Shown piece by piece: positions 1 through 11,011 of a stretch of DNA of 64,000 nt. The DNA lies in the sequence record OL770107; one strand, given 5' to 3'. Position numbers and translations under genes: made by a program. This stretch comes from Escherichia phage CLB_P2. Every line of letters begins with the position of its first letter. The first letter of the stretch is position 1. The notes beneath the pieces were generated by a model. That model made no database searches and was not told where the DNA came from. It worked only from the letters and a program-made list of their open reading frames with translations.

Positions 1-38
1 CGATTTATCACTTATATGTTTTAGTGTATTTGTAGACA

Positions 39-704
39 TTAACTTACTCGCTTATAGTGATATAAAGTTGTAGTTCCATTTATAGTTCCACCGGTCATAG
101 ATTCTGTAGTAGAACCTAAATATTCCCAGTATCCATAACCTGCACGAGGCTCTTGGACTATAGTTTGGGAAATGGTACATCCAGCCTGTTTAAATGGCTC
201 AAAAATATGGTTTTGGTAGTCGTTATATTTAATGTTTAAAGTAGATTGGTCCAGAGGGTCGATAGAGGTTTCTGCTAAAATATAACTATTAGCAATAGCG
301 CTTATAAAAACATCGTTAACTTTAGAAGCAACCAGAACCGAAGAATCACCCACAATAACTTCAACAGGCAAACCAAATACCTTAATTATAACCGTATCGC
401 CTAATTCGCCACCAGAAGAAATGGAGCCAGAGAAAGTTAATTTATCAGATTGTTGGATAAAGCCAGGCGCTCTGTTTTCGGTAGTAGTTACCACCGCATT
501 AACAGGAAGTTCTGCGCGGAAAGCAATATCATCAATAGCACTTTGGACTGTAGGGTAATAAACGCCTTTTCGGGTTTGGTTTGCCGATGGACCACCAATA
601 GGGCGTTGACCTGCCACTGCGGCAGGTTGATTAGTTGTAAAAGAAAATTCTAAAAAGTCGGCAAGGCGGGATTTTAACCCGCTTTTCATTTCTGTTAAAG
701 TCAT
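39..704 (-). CDS. 11: baseplate wedge subunit / short tail fibre attachment protein gp11
   Basis: 221 aa ORF; recognisable similarity to T4 gp11 as recalled (RLADFL, GLPV, GYG.W motifs); terminal position in the 53-5-6-7-8-9-10-11 order. Confidence 0.8.
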   Translation of the reverse strand: MTLTEMKSGLKSRLADFLEFSFTTNQPAAVAGQRPIGGPSANQTRKGVYYPTVQSAIDDIAFRAELPVNAVVTTTENRAPGFIQQSDKLTFSGSISSGGELGDTVIIKVFGLPVEVIVGDSSVLVASKVNDVFISAIANSYILAETSIDPLDQSTLNIKYNDYQNHIFEPFKQAGCTISQTIVQEPRAGYGYWEYLGSTTESMTGGTINGTTTLYHYKRVS

Positions 705-2515
705 TACGCAATCCTCACCCAGCGATAAACGGTTGTATATGGAGGCAATGTATTAATTGGAATAGGCGTTGTAGATTGCTGCTTGTTTATTGTAGCTTTA
801 TCTTCACGATATTTGGTATAAGCAGGACCTTGTGCATCCGGGTCTACCAAACATCCACCGATAACAATAGGGCCATTATCATCAGCAACTAATACCTTGT
901 CATCTGTATTAAGTTCAGGAACATTTTCATATTTAATCGAAATATTATGAGAACCACCTGTTCCACCTGCGGTAGATTTAGGAATACCAGAAGAATCCAA
1001 ATCGTTATTGTTCGCATTGAACAATGAATCTGCATCCGGCGACCAACCTACAAGGAAACTATCAGATAAACGTTTCCAACTACCCATACCCATATAAGTT
1101 GCAGGGTTATTAGGGTTCACCGTGTTCTCGTAAATTGTCCCTATTGGATGGAACAAATCGAACATCACTGCAGCCGTATTAATAGAAACTTCGGATTCTG
1201 CAACAGGTTCAAAGTTAGGAGAAAATGGATTATCCACATCAGTAATACGAACCTGGCCGGTTAAAGACACCGAAGGACCTTGAGAAATGTAGATATCATT
1301 TGTAGTATCCAAAATCTCATCAATAGTCATGGTAGTACCAATATCATTATTATACCAAATTACGGTAAGGATATCACCATGTTCTAATTTACGTCCAAAT
1401 TCGAATGATTCGATTTTATCGTCATCTGCAATATTCAAAATATAATCAGATTTAGATTGTGTCCATACACCACCCGAATCAGCACAAAGAGCTGCATCAT
1501 CAGTATCAACACCTTCACAATAGAAAGCAGGGAACCCTGCAGTACCAGCTTGGTGCAATAAAGTACTGTTAAGCATTACCTGGCAAGCATTAGGGTTAAT
1601 AGGGCTTGTAGGAGAAACATTTAATTCCACCGCGGTAATAGTCTGTATGGTAGAAAGGTCTAATACTACTTTAGAACCGTTAACTGTGGTTTCATGGGTA
1701 AGGGTTTTATCTAAAATAGTAATATCACGACGATTATAAGAACTACGCCATTGGGCCAATCCATCGTTATAGGATTTAATGATTACTGTATCACCGGCTT
1801 CACATGGATATTTCAAACGGATATCTTTACCGTTCAATTCAACCAATTCGCCTGGGTTAGCGCCTGGGCTACCGAACTCTGAAGTGGCTTCATCAAATAT
1901 ATCATCTACACCATAAAACAAGGTGTTACCACGTTGAATTACGCTAAGACTAGAAATATTATAGGTTAATCCTGGGAAAATATCCAAGAAATCGGTTTGG
2001 CCTTCAGTAGCAATAAACTGTTTGGTTGCTACAGTAGCGAGGTCGTTATTTGGAATACGGTTAACTTGCTTGTTCTCAACATATTCCCAGCGACCCGGAG
2101 CACAATAGACAAGTTCAAGGTCAGCAAAGTTACGGGCTATTTCAACCTGTACAGCAGAGCCTTTAATCGTATCACCTGGAGCAGGTATAATTGTTACAGG
2201 GTTAGCTTGCCAAGAAGAATAAACGTCACGCAAACGAATTACAAAGTTATATTCTGAAGGGGTACCTTTAGGAAGTTGAACGTTAATCCTTCCACCCTGG
2301 GTATTCAACGTATAGCTATGACCCATAACAGCATTAAGTAAAGGACCATCTGCAGTAGAATATTGTTTCCAGGCACCAGCAGCGTGAGGATTATCTCCAT
2401 CACCTAATTGATAGTATAACTCGTTAAAGTTATTATTGATTTTTAGACCACCTGCGCGCAGGTAATCTCCGGAGCCATCATCAACGGCCTGGCCTATTTT
2501 TAATTCTTGTTTCAT
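704..2515 (-). CDS. 10: baseplate wedge subunit and tail pin gp10
   Basis: 603 aa (T4 gp10 about 602 aa); N-terminus GDYLR.GG.KIN.NF.ELYY and central LELVYCAPGRWEYV match T4 gp10 as recalled; synteny. Confidence 0.85.
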   Translation of the reverse strand: MKQELKIGQAVDDGSGDYLRAGGLKINNNFNELYYQLGDGDNPHAAGAWKQYSTADGPLLNAVMGHSYTLNTQGGRINVQLPKGTPSEYNFVIRLRDVYSSWQANPVTIIPAPGDTIKGSAVQVEIARNFADLELVYCAPGRWEYVENKQVNRIPNNDLATVATKQFIATEGQTDFLDIFPGLTYNISSLSVIQRGNTLFYGVDDIFDEATSEFGSPGANPGELVELNGKDIRLKYPCEAGDTVIIKSYNDGLAQWRSSYNRRDITILDKTLTHETTVNGSKVVLDLSTIQTITAVELNVSPTSPINPNACQVMLNSTLLHQAGTAGFPAFYCEGVDTDDAALCADSGGVWTQSKSDYILNIADDDKIESFEFGRKLEHGDILTVIWYNNDIGTTMTIDEILDTTNDIYISQGPSVSLTGQVRITDVDNPFSPNFEPVAESEVSINTAAVMFDLFHPIGTIYENTVNPNNPATYMGMGSWKRLSDSFLVGWSPDADSLFNANNNDLDSSGIPKSTAGGTGGSHNISIKYENVPELNTDDKVLVADDNGPIVIGGCLVDPDAQGPAYTKYREDKATINKQQSTTPIPINTLPPYTTVYRWVRIA

Positions 2516-3375
2516 TATAATGGAACTCCAATAGTTTGGGTATCTACGACTTTAATTGCTAATCTCATAGGGGTTTCAGATGATGCCGTAGCCACTATAT
2601 AGTTAGAGGTATCAAATTTAAAATCGAGTTTGTAAATTTCGTCTTCATCAGTGGTCTGTCCACGACGGATAACAGCATATTCGGTGGAATATATTTTTTT
2701 AGCTTGGTTATCCATAAACAAAAGATATTCAGAAGCTTTATAAATGGTTTCATTAGCATTTACTGCGGTAACTAAAAGCTTGACCAAAGAATATTGACCT
2801 GAAAAAACCACCGGTATATCTCTAGGTACGTTAGAAATGTTATATGTTCTATTTAACGGCACTCGTTTATCACCAAACATGCTCTCAATAGAATAATCCC
2901 ATACAGCTATACCGTTGATGTCACTTACACACCATAATAGAACTCTAGTATAAGGAGTTACTATTCTTAGGGTTGATGTAGGATGGTTTAAAAACGAATC
3001 CAATATACGGATTTCAAGATAGTTGGTAGCTGAAATACTTCCATTAGAGTTAATTATTTCAATACCTTCACCTACAGCCCCTTTTACTGTGGTTAACACT
3101 ATAGAACCTGTAGAAGCATCAATATCAACCAAGGAGCCAAGGTCAACAGAACTTGCTTGGTCGGTATCGCCAAATTTTTGATAGTATCCAGTGGCATGTA
3201 ATTTCTGACCGGTAGTTTCGCCTGTAAGAGCTGCTTTACGTTGGTCACCAAAGGTATTATAGATGTTGTTTAAGTCGGTGTTTAGTTTAACACCACCGTC
3301 ATATAAGATGTCGCCGGTGCTAGCATTACCAATTTCACCAACGTCAATTAGTAATTTACCAGTTTGCTTAATCAT
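2515..3375 (-). CDS. 9: baseplate wedge protein gp9 (long tail fibre connector)
   Basis: 286 aa (T4 gp9 about 288 aa); position between gp8 and gp10; start overlaps gp10 boundary. Confidence 0.75.
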   Translation of the reverse strand: MIKQTGKLLIDVGEIGNASTGDILYDGGVKLNTDLNNIYNTFGDQRKAALTGETTGQKLHATGYYQKFGDTDQASSVDLGSLVDIDASTGSIVLTTVKGAVGEGIEIINSNGSISATNYLEIRILDSFLNHPTSTLRIVTPYTRVLLWCVSDINGIAVWDYSIESMFGDKRVPLNRTYNISNVPRDIPVVFSGQYSLVKLLVTAVNANETIYKASEYLLFMDNQAKKIYSTEYAVIRRGQTTDEDEIYKLDFKFDTSNYIVATASSETPMRLAIKVVDTQTIGVPL

Positions 3376-3401
3376 AGGTATGCCTCATTATTGATATAAT
3401 G

Positions 3402-3409
3402 TATTTATA
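3402..3409 (-). promoter_or_regulatory. T4-type late promoter (TATAAATA) upstream of gene 9
   Basis: Plus strand reads tatttata (reverse complement TATAAATA) about 27 nt upstream of the gp9 start codon. Confidence 0.55.
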
Positions 3410-3410
3410 C

Positions 3411-3432
3411 CCCCGAAAGGGCCTTGCGGCCC
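3411..3432 (-). terminator. GC-rich hairpin after gene 8 (terminator or RNA-stability element)
   Basis: Perfect stem gggcc/ggccc with 4-nt loop in the gp8-gp9 intergenic region, followed on the minus strand by TTTCGGGGG and the late promoter. Confidence 0.35.
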
Positions 3433-3436
3433 TTTA

Positions 3437-4444
3437 TTAGAATTCGAAGATAATGTTAATTTCTTCGGTTTGGTCCATGGAACGAATAACCGGAGGACGG
3501 TTTTCCATATAAATCATTTCACCGGAGTGGCGGGAGAGATCTATAACGTCATAGTACTCTTTTTCGGCTTTAATGATCGGGTCTGATGGATGGGCTTTAG
3601 CTTCCAATGGGTTGGAAATTATTGAAAGTTGTCTAAATCCTTTATTCCCCGGCAAACTAAATTCAGGGAAATAAACTGAATCTAAGAATGCTTTAAAACG
3701 AATAGTATTGCCTTTAATACGATAAATCAAGCCATAATCGTCTTGTTGCCAAGTGAGGTTATTCTCATATCCCCAACGTTCAGGGTCTTCAGCAATTTCT
3801 TCCGGCCATGGAACTACAATATATTCATTGGTACAACGGTTGATACTTACATCAGGTGGAATCTCATAAAGATATTCCCAAAGATAGCCATCACCGGTGT
3901 CTACCATACCTTCTGTATCGCCTTGTCCTGCCGGAGCTTTAACTGAAGGGACGTTTGCGGTCCATTTACCACCAAGTTTAATACACTCGGTTTTATTATC
4001 AAGAGATAAAATAGAGCATGCTCCGGATTCAGGAACATCCACACAACGATAAACCATCCAACCTGCACCAACATCAGTACGGTTTTGCGGCTGGCTATTC
4101 GCCACTACAATTTCACCAATCTGGAATGTGAAAGGATTAGGATAAGAGGTATCGCCCCAGTCTTTGCGAGGAACAACACAATCCAACATACTCTTATAAA
4201 CCTTAACACAACCCATCATGTTTGTCCAGACGTCCTCTACGCCCTCAGAATCATCTACAGGATACGGTGGAGCAAAGCCTGGGTCGTTTTCGTTAGGAGC
4301 CCATGGTTGGGCTCTCCCGAAAGATACATACATCGTGTTCTGGTCTTCACCATCACCGATTGTTCTGTAAAAGTTGTACATCTTTTCCGTTCTAAATTTA
4401 GAAGTAACAATAGAACGATATATTACTGTTGAATTAATCATCAA
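3437..4444 (-). CDS. 8: baseplate wedge subunit gp8
   Basis: 335 aa (T4 gp8 334 aa); synteny between gp7 and gp9. Confidence 0.75.
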   Translation of the reverse strand: MMINSTVIYRSIVTSKFRTEKMYNFYRTIGDGEDQNTMYVSFGRAQPWAPNENDPGFAPPYPVDDSEGVEDVWTNMMGCVKVYKSMLDCVVPRKDWGDTSYPNPFTFQIGEIVVANSQPQNRTDVGAGWMVYRCVDVPESGACSILSLDNKTECIKLGGKWTANVPSVKAPAGQGDTEGMVDTGDGYLWEYLYEIPPDVSINRCTNEYIVVPWPEEIAEDPERWGYENNLTWQQDDYGLIYRIKGNTIRFKAFLDSVYFPEFSLPGNKGFRQLSIISNPLEAKAHPSDPIIKAEKEYYDVIDLSRHSGEMIYMENRPPVIRSMDQTEEINIIFEF

Positions 4445-7400
4445 TTTTTACCTGAGTTGGGTCTTGCGGGTCTCTAGGGTTTCCTATATCAGCTTTAAGT
4501 CTGTCATCAACTAAAGCACGCCATTTTGAAAATGTTACTGCACTTTGGTCAAATAAAGGACTATGCTTTTTAATACGTTCATGAGGTAATTGGCCTTGGA
4601 ATACAGAGAAATCATTTTCTGCGTCATAATCAGCAGGAATATCAAACGGTTCACCTGCTTTAGGTCCAACGTTATAAACCGGGAGCCCTGTTCTAGGGTC
4701 TCGTTCTATATTACCATCAAATCCGATTACAGCAACTCTATCATACCATTCGGATGGAAGACCTGAGTCCCACTTATAGTTCTTAAGTATATTAATAATG
4801 GTTTCCGTGTGCTTTAATGTCAAACCGACGTTAACAAACATAGAAAGCAACGTAATCCCTATAAAACCAAATCCTACAGGGTGGACAAATCTCAATACAT
4901 CATTACGATATCGAGAAGTAGGGAGGTTGGATTTAATAGTCATAACATAATAAGAACGGTTGCGGTTAATATAATCGATATTGTTACTTAACAATTCTTT
5001 ACCGCGTACACCCTGCACTATCATACCTTTAAATGATGTGCGTTCAGATTTAATCTCTTGACCCACTATAAAACGACCTAAAAGATTATGAATGGTTAAA
5101 CGCCATTGCAATTTACCATCTTTATAATTTCGTTCTATATAAGTAACATTACTTCTTCCTGTAGGGGTATAAATTGTTTGGCCGACAATATCTTCACTGA
5201 TGTTATCAGATTCTACAATGATATCATATTCAATAGAGTTCTTAGACTCTATATCAATTTCGACATCTTCGTTATAAAGCAATTTAAACAGGAATTTATA
5301 TGAAGCTTCGGTACCTTTTGTAGACCAGAAATCCGATTGACGAGCCTGGAAGAAACGAACCACTTCGTCGCGCTTTTCTTTAGACAGGTAGATATTACGT
5401 TTATAGATTTCGGACCACAAATATTCCCACGAGTCTTCTTCACGAGGATATTGGTTACGAATAAGATTTAATAGGTTATTATAATGAGTGCCAGAGCCAT
5501 CACTAATAAACTGAAGATAATATTCGCAGAATTTTTCAAAGTTAGAATCTTGAAGCAAATAACTATCAGGGACCATTTTAACCAATAAAGGACGCAAATC
5601 AGGGTCTTGTTCACCTGTTTCTTCTTTAGGGGTCCATGGAATTTCATGCTCTTGGTTTTGGAGCTCTGCGGTAAACATTATTTCTTTAGGCTTCCAAATT
5701 ATTCTAACTTCATCTCGAACTCGATAATCGAACTCGAAATATCCTATCAATTCACCTGATGATTTGTGAATCATTATACCTGAGGAATATTTTTTAAATC
5801 CACTGAATTCAATGTTAGGGCATGTTACAGTACAAAAGCCTTTATCCCAAATTTCGCGGATAATACGCTCTGGAGAAGAACCACTGTTTAAATCAATAAT
5901 TTTCTGATATAATGCATCGTTATAAACTACCATCGCATGATTACTTGTGGTAATCCAAGAGCGGGTTCCATCGCGTCTAGACCAACTAAAGAATGGTTCG
6001 GCATAATAAGCCATTCGGCCAGGTTTGAATTCTTTAAAATCTGATTTACTGTTAGCTCTAAAACTCATCATCAGATAATGTTTATCATGAATCCACTGCT
6101 CATCCTTAACGTATTTTACGGCAGAAGCCACGATAGGGTATTCTAAAGGCAATTCGTTGTCAACTTCCACCTCGTATTTGAAGTTACTTGAGCTAAAGAA
6201 TATTTCTTCACCGTCTGTAGACATGCTGGTATAACCATGCTCAATACGACGTCTCTCTTCTTCAGTATTACCAAATACTCTGGTCCATGTATCAGTTTCA
6301 GCATCCAACCAATAAACGCCTTTAGATTCAGAATCAACCACGTTTTCTTCTTTAGTAGGGTCCATTCTTTCTTCTTTAACTTCACCCGTAATTAAGGCAA
6401 AGGTGTTTCCTTGAATAGAGTCCAATTTATAACAAACTGCTTTAGGGTTGCCGGTTATGGTCGAATATCCACTTTCAAATATTTTTTCACCATAAGTAGG
6501 AGAACCTGGGTCGGTATCAATAGGCGCATCGGTGGTTTTTGCTTTATAAACTCTGTCTCTAGCAGCCACGTAAATAAAATCGTCCGAAGCACACATTGCC
6601 TCTGCTATAGTAGAAATAGCTAATGGTAAACGGGCATAAGAACCAAAAATTTCAATTTCAAAATCAAGGTCGATATCACTACCAATTTTAGCAAATGTCA
6701 CGTCTTGTGAGCTAAAACGTACATCATCAGCAGACCATCTGATATCACTAGATTTACGTCCGTAAAATATACGGTCATAACCTAAAACATAAGTTGTGGT
6801 GTCCGTTTGGTAATGGGCCGTACGTGAAACCGGATTACCTACTCGGTCATTAAACAAACGAATATAGTGCCAGTTTTGAGCTTTGTCATTAGATACCTTA
6901 GCAGTGTTCTGAAATCTTTCTAAAAGATAAAGTACACCACCAAGCTCCATTAAAATAGAACGATTAGGGTCCTTACATACGGCTTGAATACTTCCTTGAA
7001 TCTCATGAAAGCGGTCAGCCTTTAATACATAATTAGAAATTGAAGAAAGGTGAGAATACGATGGAGTCCAAGTAAAATCCTCTGTCATCATAGAAGCCAT
7101 AATGGCATCACTATTAAAATCCACGTAATTCTGGTTATTTTTGGTAAATTTTTCTTCAATGAATTTATCGGATAAAGTGAATTCTCGCATATGCTCGAAG
7201 GTATATGCGTTGGTAGAAAATGTCTCGAATTCTTCTGTATAAACCCATTCGGATTGTTCAAATCCTTGAGCAGCTACAGCGACACGCATTTTATAAAACG
7301 AATTAGGAGAAATAAATCTTTCTTCGAACCAGTTATTGTTCGGGGTGTAACCTAAATTTCTCCAAAATAACTTATCATCGGGTATAGATTCACCCGCATC

Positions 7401-7526
7401 CTTGGTTTGGGCCAGTTCTACGAAATAATAGAAATTGGCGCCTACGTCATCCCAAAGAATACTTACATGGTTAGCCGAGAGTTTATCAATTCTCAAACTA
7501 GTAACGGAAGGCGCTTGCACAGACAT
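4434..7526 (-). CDS. 7: baseplate wedge initiator gp7
   Basis: 1030 aa (T4 gp7 about 1032 aa); synteny between gp6 and gp8. Confidence 0.8.
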   Translation of the reverse strand: MSVQAPSVTSLRIDKLSANHVSILWDDVGANFYYFVELAQTKDAGESIPDDKLFWRNLGYTPNNNWFEERFISPNSFYKMRVAVAAQGFEQSEWVYTEEFETFSTNAYTFEHMREFTLSDKFIEEKFTKNNQNYVDFNSDAIMASMMTEDFTWTPSYSHLSSISNYVLKADRFHEIQGSIQAVCKDPNRSILMELGGVLYLLERFQNTAKVSNDKAQNWHYIRLFNDRVGNPVSRTAHYQTDTTTYVLGYDRIFYGRKSSDIRWSADDVRFSSQDVTFAKIGSDIDLDFEIEIFGSYARLPLAISTIAEAMCASDDFIYVAARDRVYKAKTTDAPIDTDPGSPTYGEKIFESGYSTITGNPKAVCYKLDSIQGNTFALITGEVKEERMDPTKEENVVDSESKGVYWLDAETDTWTRVFGNTEEERRRIEHGYTSMSTDGEEIFFSSSNFKYEVEVDNELPLEYPIVASAVKYVKDEQWIHDKHYLMMSFRANSKSDFKEFKPGRMAYYAEPFFSWSRRDGTRSWITTSNHAMVVYNDALYQKIIDLNSGSSPERIIREIWDKGFCTVTCPNIEFSGFKKYSSGIMIHKSSGELIGYFEFDYRVRDEVRIIWKPKEIMFTAELQNQEHEIPWTPKEETGEQDPDLRPLLVKMVPDSYLLQDSNFEKFCEYYLQFISDGSGTHYNNLLNLIRNQYPREEDSWEYLWSEIYKRNIYLSKEKRDEVVRFFQARQSDFWSTKGTEASYKFLFKLLYNEDVEIDIESKNSIEYDIIVESDNISEDIVGQTIYTPTGRSNVTYIERNYKDGKLQWRLTIHNLLGRFIVGQEIKSERTSFKGMIVQGVRGKELLSNNIDYINRNRSYYVMTIKSNLPTSRYRNDVLRFVHPVGFGFIGITLLSMFVNVGLTLKHTETIINILKNYKWDSGLPSEWYDRVAVIGFDGNIERDPRTGLPVYNVGPKAGEPFDIPADYDAENDFSVFQGQLPHERIKKHSPLFDQSAVTFSKWRALVDDRLKADIGNPRDPQDPTQVKIDD

Positions 7527-7554
7527 TAAATCTCCTCAAAGCCTCCTAAGAGGC

Positions 7555-9513
7555 TTATATTGTAATAGGTTCTAATTCAATGGTCGTGTATTGAGGGCGG
7601 AGGTCATCTTCAAATACGATTAATGAACCATCTTTTGTAAAGATGTTATCTTGGTCAGGTCCCGCATAAAGTTCTATAGATTGAACTTCAAAACGGTCGG
7701 ACGTTAAACCAATAGCCGCGATGTCCCAGAAAATGAAATCTGAATAATAATCGATTTCACCTATAACGTAATAAACGGATTGGTCTGCAGGAGCAGGCAT
7801 TTTATCAAAGTCATTTCCTGTATATGGTTTAATATATTGGTTTTCAATTACATCTCCTGGACGGAAAGGCCCAATAACCATTTTACCATCACCACGTTCG
7901 TCTTTATCTGTAGCGGCAATTCGTACATTATATGCCGGGTGGTCTTCAGAAACGTTAGTAGGGACAAACTCAAATTCACTAGAAACCACAGAACGGTTAG
8001 TGTATTGATTATAGTATTTAATACCTGACTCAGGAGTTTTGAAAAAGTTCAATACCTCACGAACCATTGTTATGGTAGCAGAGGAGCCTAAAATACTATG
8101 GTCTGCATTATCAATATAAGTCAGCATTTTTGACTTAGCGAATCCATGGTTAAAAATTTCTACTTCATTAATATAATAACGGTCTATCTGAGAAAGAATT
8201 TGAGCCGATAGCCACTGTTCAGATTCCTGTAATTTATTCAAGGCATATGATACCTTAATTTTATGCTTTAAGAACAAATAATCAGGAGAAATAACAGAAG
8301 CGGTAATAGGGGCCAAGTTAAATTCTTTTAGATAGTCTTGGATATCTTCACGTTGGACCGCGGTCAAATATAGCCCTGATTTAGGTTTAATGGTGACAAA
8401 AGCATAACCGGGTTTATTTGGGTCTGTAAAGGTTTGTACTGCTTGCACTATAGAACCAAAACGTTCAGATACGAATGTATCATAGTCGGTTCCTGTAACA
8501 GCACGCATCTGGGCTTCACGCTTAACTACCGCCAATTCACGGATTCGTTCAATATCTTCAGGGTCACCACCACCATCAGCACCAACATAATCCGGGTCGT
8601 CATTATAGTTTTCAGTGATTTTTTCTACGGTTATATAAGCTAGTGAGTCTGCATAACTGAAGTCAACCGCGCCGTTAGCAACTTCACCATCTGTACGAAG
8701 ATATTCGATGACGATAGTAGAATCTTTAACAGGTTTTAGACCGCCGATATAATTAGCTTCCAATACTCCACCTGCAACAGATTTTTCGGCTTCACCCTCA
8801 CCAAAGAAGAATTCTGTATTACCATCTACGGTTTCACGCATATAATAAATTGTTGAAGTACTACCAGCGTGGACCATTGATTTATTAGTCCAGTTAATCC
8901 ATTCTGCACCATCAACATAAAGTCTAACTTCTTGTCTATCGATATCAGGGTCACGAATAAGAATAGGAGTTTTAGGGTCATATTTAAGTTCAGTACGAAT
9001 AATACGTCCCTGGGCCAAAGAAACAATAGGCCAATACTGATTATTAACGTCTCGCACTGCGATAACGTTATCAGTTGTCACAAAAGAATATGGGTCTGCT
9101 GATGTATCACGTGCATAAGCCAAGAATTTGGTACCTCTAGGGATACGAATATTCTTTTCATTAAGGGCTTGCGTGCATGTGAGCATTACCGTAGTTTTAG
9201 CTGCAGACTTAGAACTAGGGAGATATCCATTGTCTTGTGCAGCTTGGACAACCGAAGAACGAAGGTTTGCTGTTCCTATAAAAGATTCGTATAAAGCTGT
9301 GTTAGCAAATTGCTGCATATAAAGGGTATTATAAGCAAGCATATCAATAAGGATATTCATTCGAGAACCAACGAAATCATAATCCTTAAATTCGTCCTGG
9401 CTGGAAAGCCAGTCTATAATATTCTTTTTAATTTCTTCAAACGTAGCTCCCACAAATACTTTTGGGATAGCGTTAACGGTTCTTGTTAATTGGTAATTCG
9501 TAGGAGTAGCCAT
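7555..9513 (-). CDS. 6: baseplate wedge subunit gp6
   Basis: 652 aa (T4 gp6 about 660 aa); synteny; SD GAGGAG upstream of gp7 in the short intergenic region. Confidence 0.8.
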   Translation of the reverse strand: MATPTNYQLTRTVNAIPKVFVGATFEEIKKNIIDWLSSQDEFKDYDFVGSRMNILIDMLAYNTLYMQQFANTALYESFIGTANLRSSVVQAAQDNGYLPSSKSAAKTTVMLTCTQALNEKNIRIPRGTKFLAYARDTSADPYSFVTTDNVIAVRDVNNQYWPIVSLAQGRIIRTELKYDPKTPILIRDPDIDRQEVRLYVDGAEWINWTNKSMVHAGSTSTIYYMRETVDGNTEFFFGEGEAEKSVAGGVLEANYIGGLKPVKDSTIVIEYLRTDGEVANGAVDFSYADSLAYITVEKITENYNDDPDYVGADGGGDPEDIERIRELAVVKREAQMRAVTGTDYDTFVSERFGSIVQAVQTFTDPNKPGYAFVTIKPKSGLYLTAVQREDIQDYLKEFNLAPITASVISPDYLFLKHKIKVSYALNKLQESEQWLSAQILSQIDRYYINEVEIFNHGFAKSKMLTYIDNADHSILGSSATITMVREVLNFFKTPESGIKYYNQYTNRSVVSSEFEFVPTNVSEDHPAYNVRIAATDKDERGDGKMVIGPFRPGDVIENQYIKPYTGNDFDKMPAPADQSVYYVIGEIDYYSDFIFWDIAAIGLTSDRFEVQSIELYAGPDQDNIFTKDGSLIVFEDDLRPQYTTIELEPITI

Positions 9514-10190
9514 TATTCTGAATCCTGTTTAAATTGTTTTATCATTTTATCATAAGCCGTATTTGGAAATCCGTTTTCAATGGCTAATCGGGTCATTTTT
9601 CTCCAACCTGGCTTATCATTTTCTTTCCATAATTTGAATAAAATATCGTATGATTGCCATATGGGGTGTTTTCTATTATTAAGTTTACATAGGTCAATAA
9701 CAGATTGCGGTCTGGGTCTTTTATATAAAGGATGTTCTTCTCCTCTAACAAAAACCCTCGGTTTAGGAGGTGACTTAGGTTTTCTCCTTTTGGCCATAGC
9801 TTTTTCAAAATTTTCAATATATTCTTTACTTCGTGGTGGCTTTGACCTACCCTTCATTTTGTCTGATATTTGCTTCTTTGAAGATTCCTTATGCTTTCTT
9901 CCTCGCATACTTCCTTTGCCACCCAAATCTATATTATAATATCTATCATCATAAATTATAGATTCGTCTACTAAAAATTCTTCGTAGTCGTAAGCCTCAT
10001 CTTCAGTATCAAAAAATTTTATTATTTTTGTCTCAAACAAATCCTTTCCATATTTTTTATAAGCTTTTTTGATAAGCTCCCCTGTACCGTAATATCCATC
10101 AAACATATCATCAGTAGAATGTTTGCCTATATACTTTTTACCATTTTCTAGGTTTGTAGTTACATATACAAAATTAAATTCTTTGTTCAT
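9513..10190 (-). CDS. GIY-YIG homing endonuclease (seg-like, free-standing)
   Basis: 225 aa; N-terminal [19 protein letters not shown] ... [10 protein letters not shown] fits the GIY-YIG catalytic module; basic C-terminal half typical of I-TevI/Seg DNA-binding regions; start and stop overlap gp5.4 stop (ATGA) and gp6 start (TAATG). Confidence 0.7.
   Translation of the reverse strand: MNKEFNFVYVTTNLENGKKYIGKHSTDDMFDGYYGTGELIKKAYKKYGKDLFETKIIKFFDTEDEAYDYEEFLVDESIIYDDRYYNIDLGGKGSMRGRKHKESSKKQISDKMKGRSKPPRSKEYIENFEKAMAKRRKPKSPPKPRVFVRGEEHPLYKRPRPQSVIDLCKLNNRKHPIWQSYDILFKLWKENDKPGWRKMTRLAIENGFPNTAYDKMIKQFKQDSE
9513..10190 (-). mobile_element. homing endonuclease gene insertion between genes 5.4 and 6
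   Basis: Endonuclease ORF precisely fills the gap between two conserved baseplate genes with overlapping start/stop codons. Confidence 0.55.
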
Positions 10191-10480
10191 TTTATGAACA
10201 CCTTTCCTGAAGCTTGTGCGACTGTATCACCACATGAAATCGGGTCTGCCATCTGGACAGCCTTTTTGCCTGTAACATATACCTTTGATGTTCTAGGTTG
10301 GGTTACCCCACCGTGGGTTTCATATGGTTTTTTAATTTCTGTATGAGGAGTTATTGGGTCCCCATCGACTAATACAGGAATGCCACCTGTAAATACTTTA
10401 CCCTGGGTGGCATTTATTACTGTAGGAGGCCATGCTTCATGACCTGCGGTTACGCATTGGTTATAACTTAAGCCCGACAT
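10187..10480 (-). CDS. 5.4: PAAR-repeat spike tip protein gp5.4
   Basis: 97 aa; [19 protein letters not shown] ... near-identical to T4 gp5.4 as recalled. Confidence 0.85.
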   Translation of the reverse strand: MSGLSYNQCVTAGHEAWPPTVINATQGKVFTGGIPVLVDGDPITPHTEIKKPYETHGGVTQPRTSKVYVTGKKAVQMADPISCGDTVAQASGKVFIK

Positions 10481-11001
10481 TATGGCCTCGCATATACATA
10501 TTCTCTGAGTTGATTAGCCCATTTGCTCCAATTACCCACTATAACCTTGGTATAAACCTTAGTAAGGGTTTTTCTTACTGGTGCTGGAGGAGGGTCGGTT
10601 TCGCTACCGGCTCTAGAATTACTTCCTCCTGAGCTCCCTGTATCACCTCCTGATGACTCTTCCTGAAAGTCATAGATTAATGTGACAGTATAGGAAAAAG
10701 TCTTCTGAAGATTACCAGGGGCTTTCCAGAGGTATAATTGAGTGCTCTTGTCCTCTGGTAAATCTTTCCATGAACCTGCTGTTTTAAATTCATCACCTAA
10801 TCGATATTTTAACGCATCTTCAGAGAATCCAAATACCGATTCATAGGTTCCGTATAAACGAGCCCCATCGACAATAATGCCTTCTGTTGGCTCATATTCT
10901 GTTATATTTATTTCAACTAATGTTTCGTTTGTTTCTAATTGAGCGGTAAACGTAACATCGATTGAGGCTCCTTCCATGGAGTCTCCTAAATCAGTGCTCA
11001 T
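10480..11001 (-). CDS. 5.1: gp5.1-like hypothetical protein
   Basis: ORF following gp5; start chosen at first Met downstream of the gp5 stop (MSTDLG); Gly/Ser-rich linker; no SD seen, so the start is uncertain. Confidence 0.45.
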   Translation of the reverse strand: MSTDLGDSMEGASIDVTFTAQLETNETLVEINITEYEPTEGIIVDGARLYGTYESVFGFSEDALKYRLGDEFKTAGSWKDLPEDKSTQLYLWKAPGNLQKTFSYTVTLIYDFQEESSGGDTGSSGGSNSRAGSETDPPPAPVRKTLTKVYTKVIVGNWSKWANQLREYVYARP

Positions 11002-11011
11002 AGGTAAAATA

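Noticed and set aside
450-653. Track ORFs antisense to large well-supported genes (for example 450-653 +, 1997-2257 +, 5106-5303 +, 20034-20420 -, 42084-42458 -, 58108-58494 -)
   Set aside because: Each lies entirely inside a gene with strong homology on the other strand, lacks an SD, and is of a size expected by chance in AT-rich sequence.
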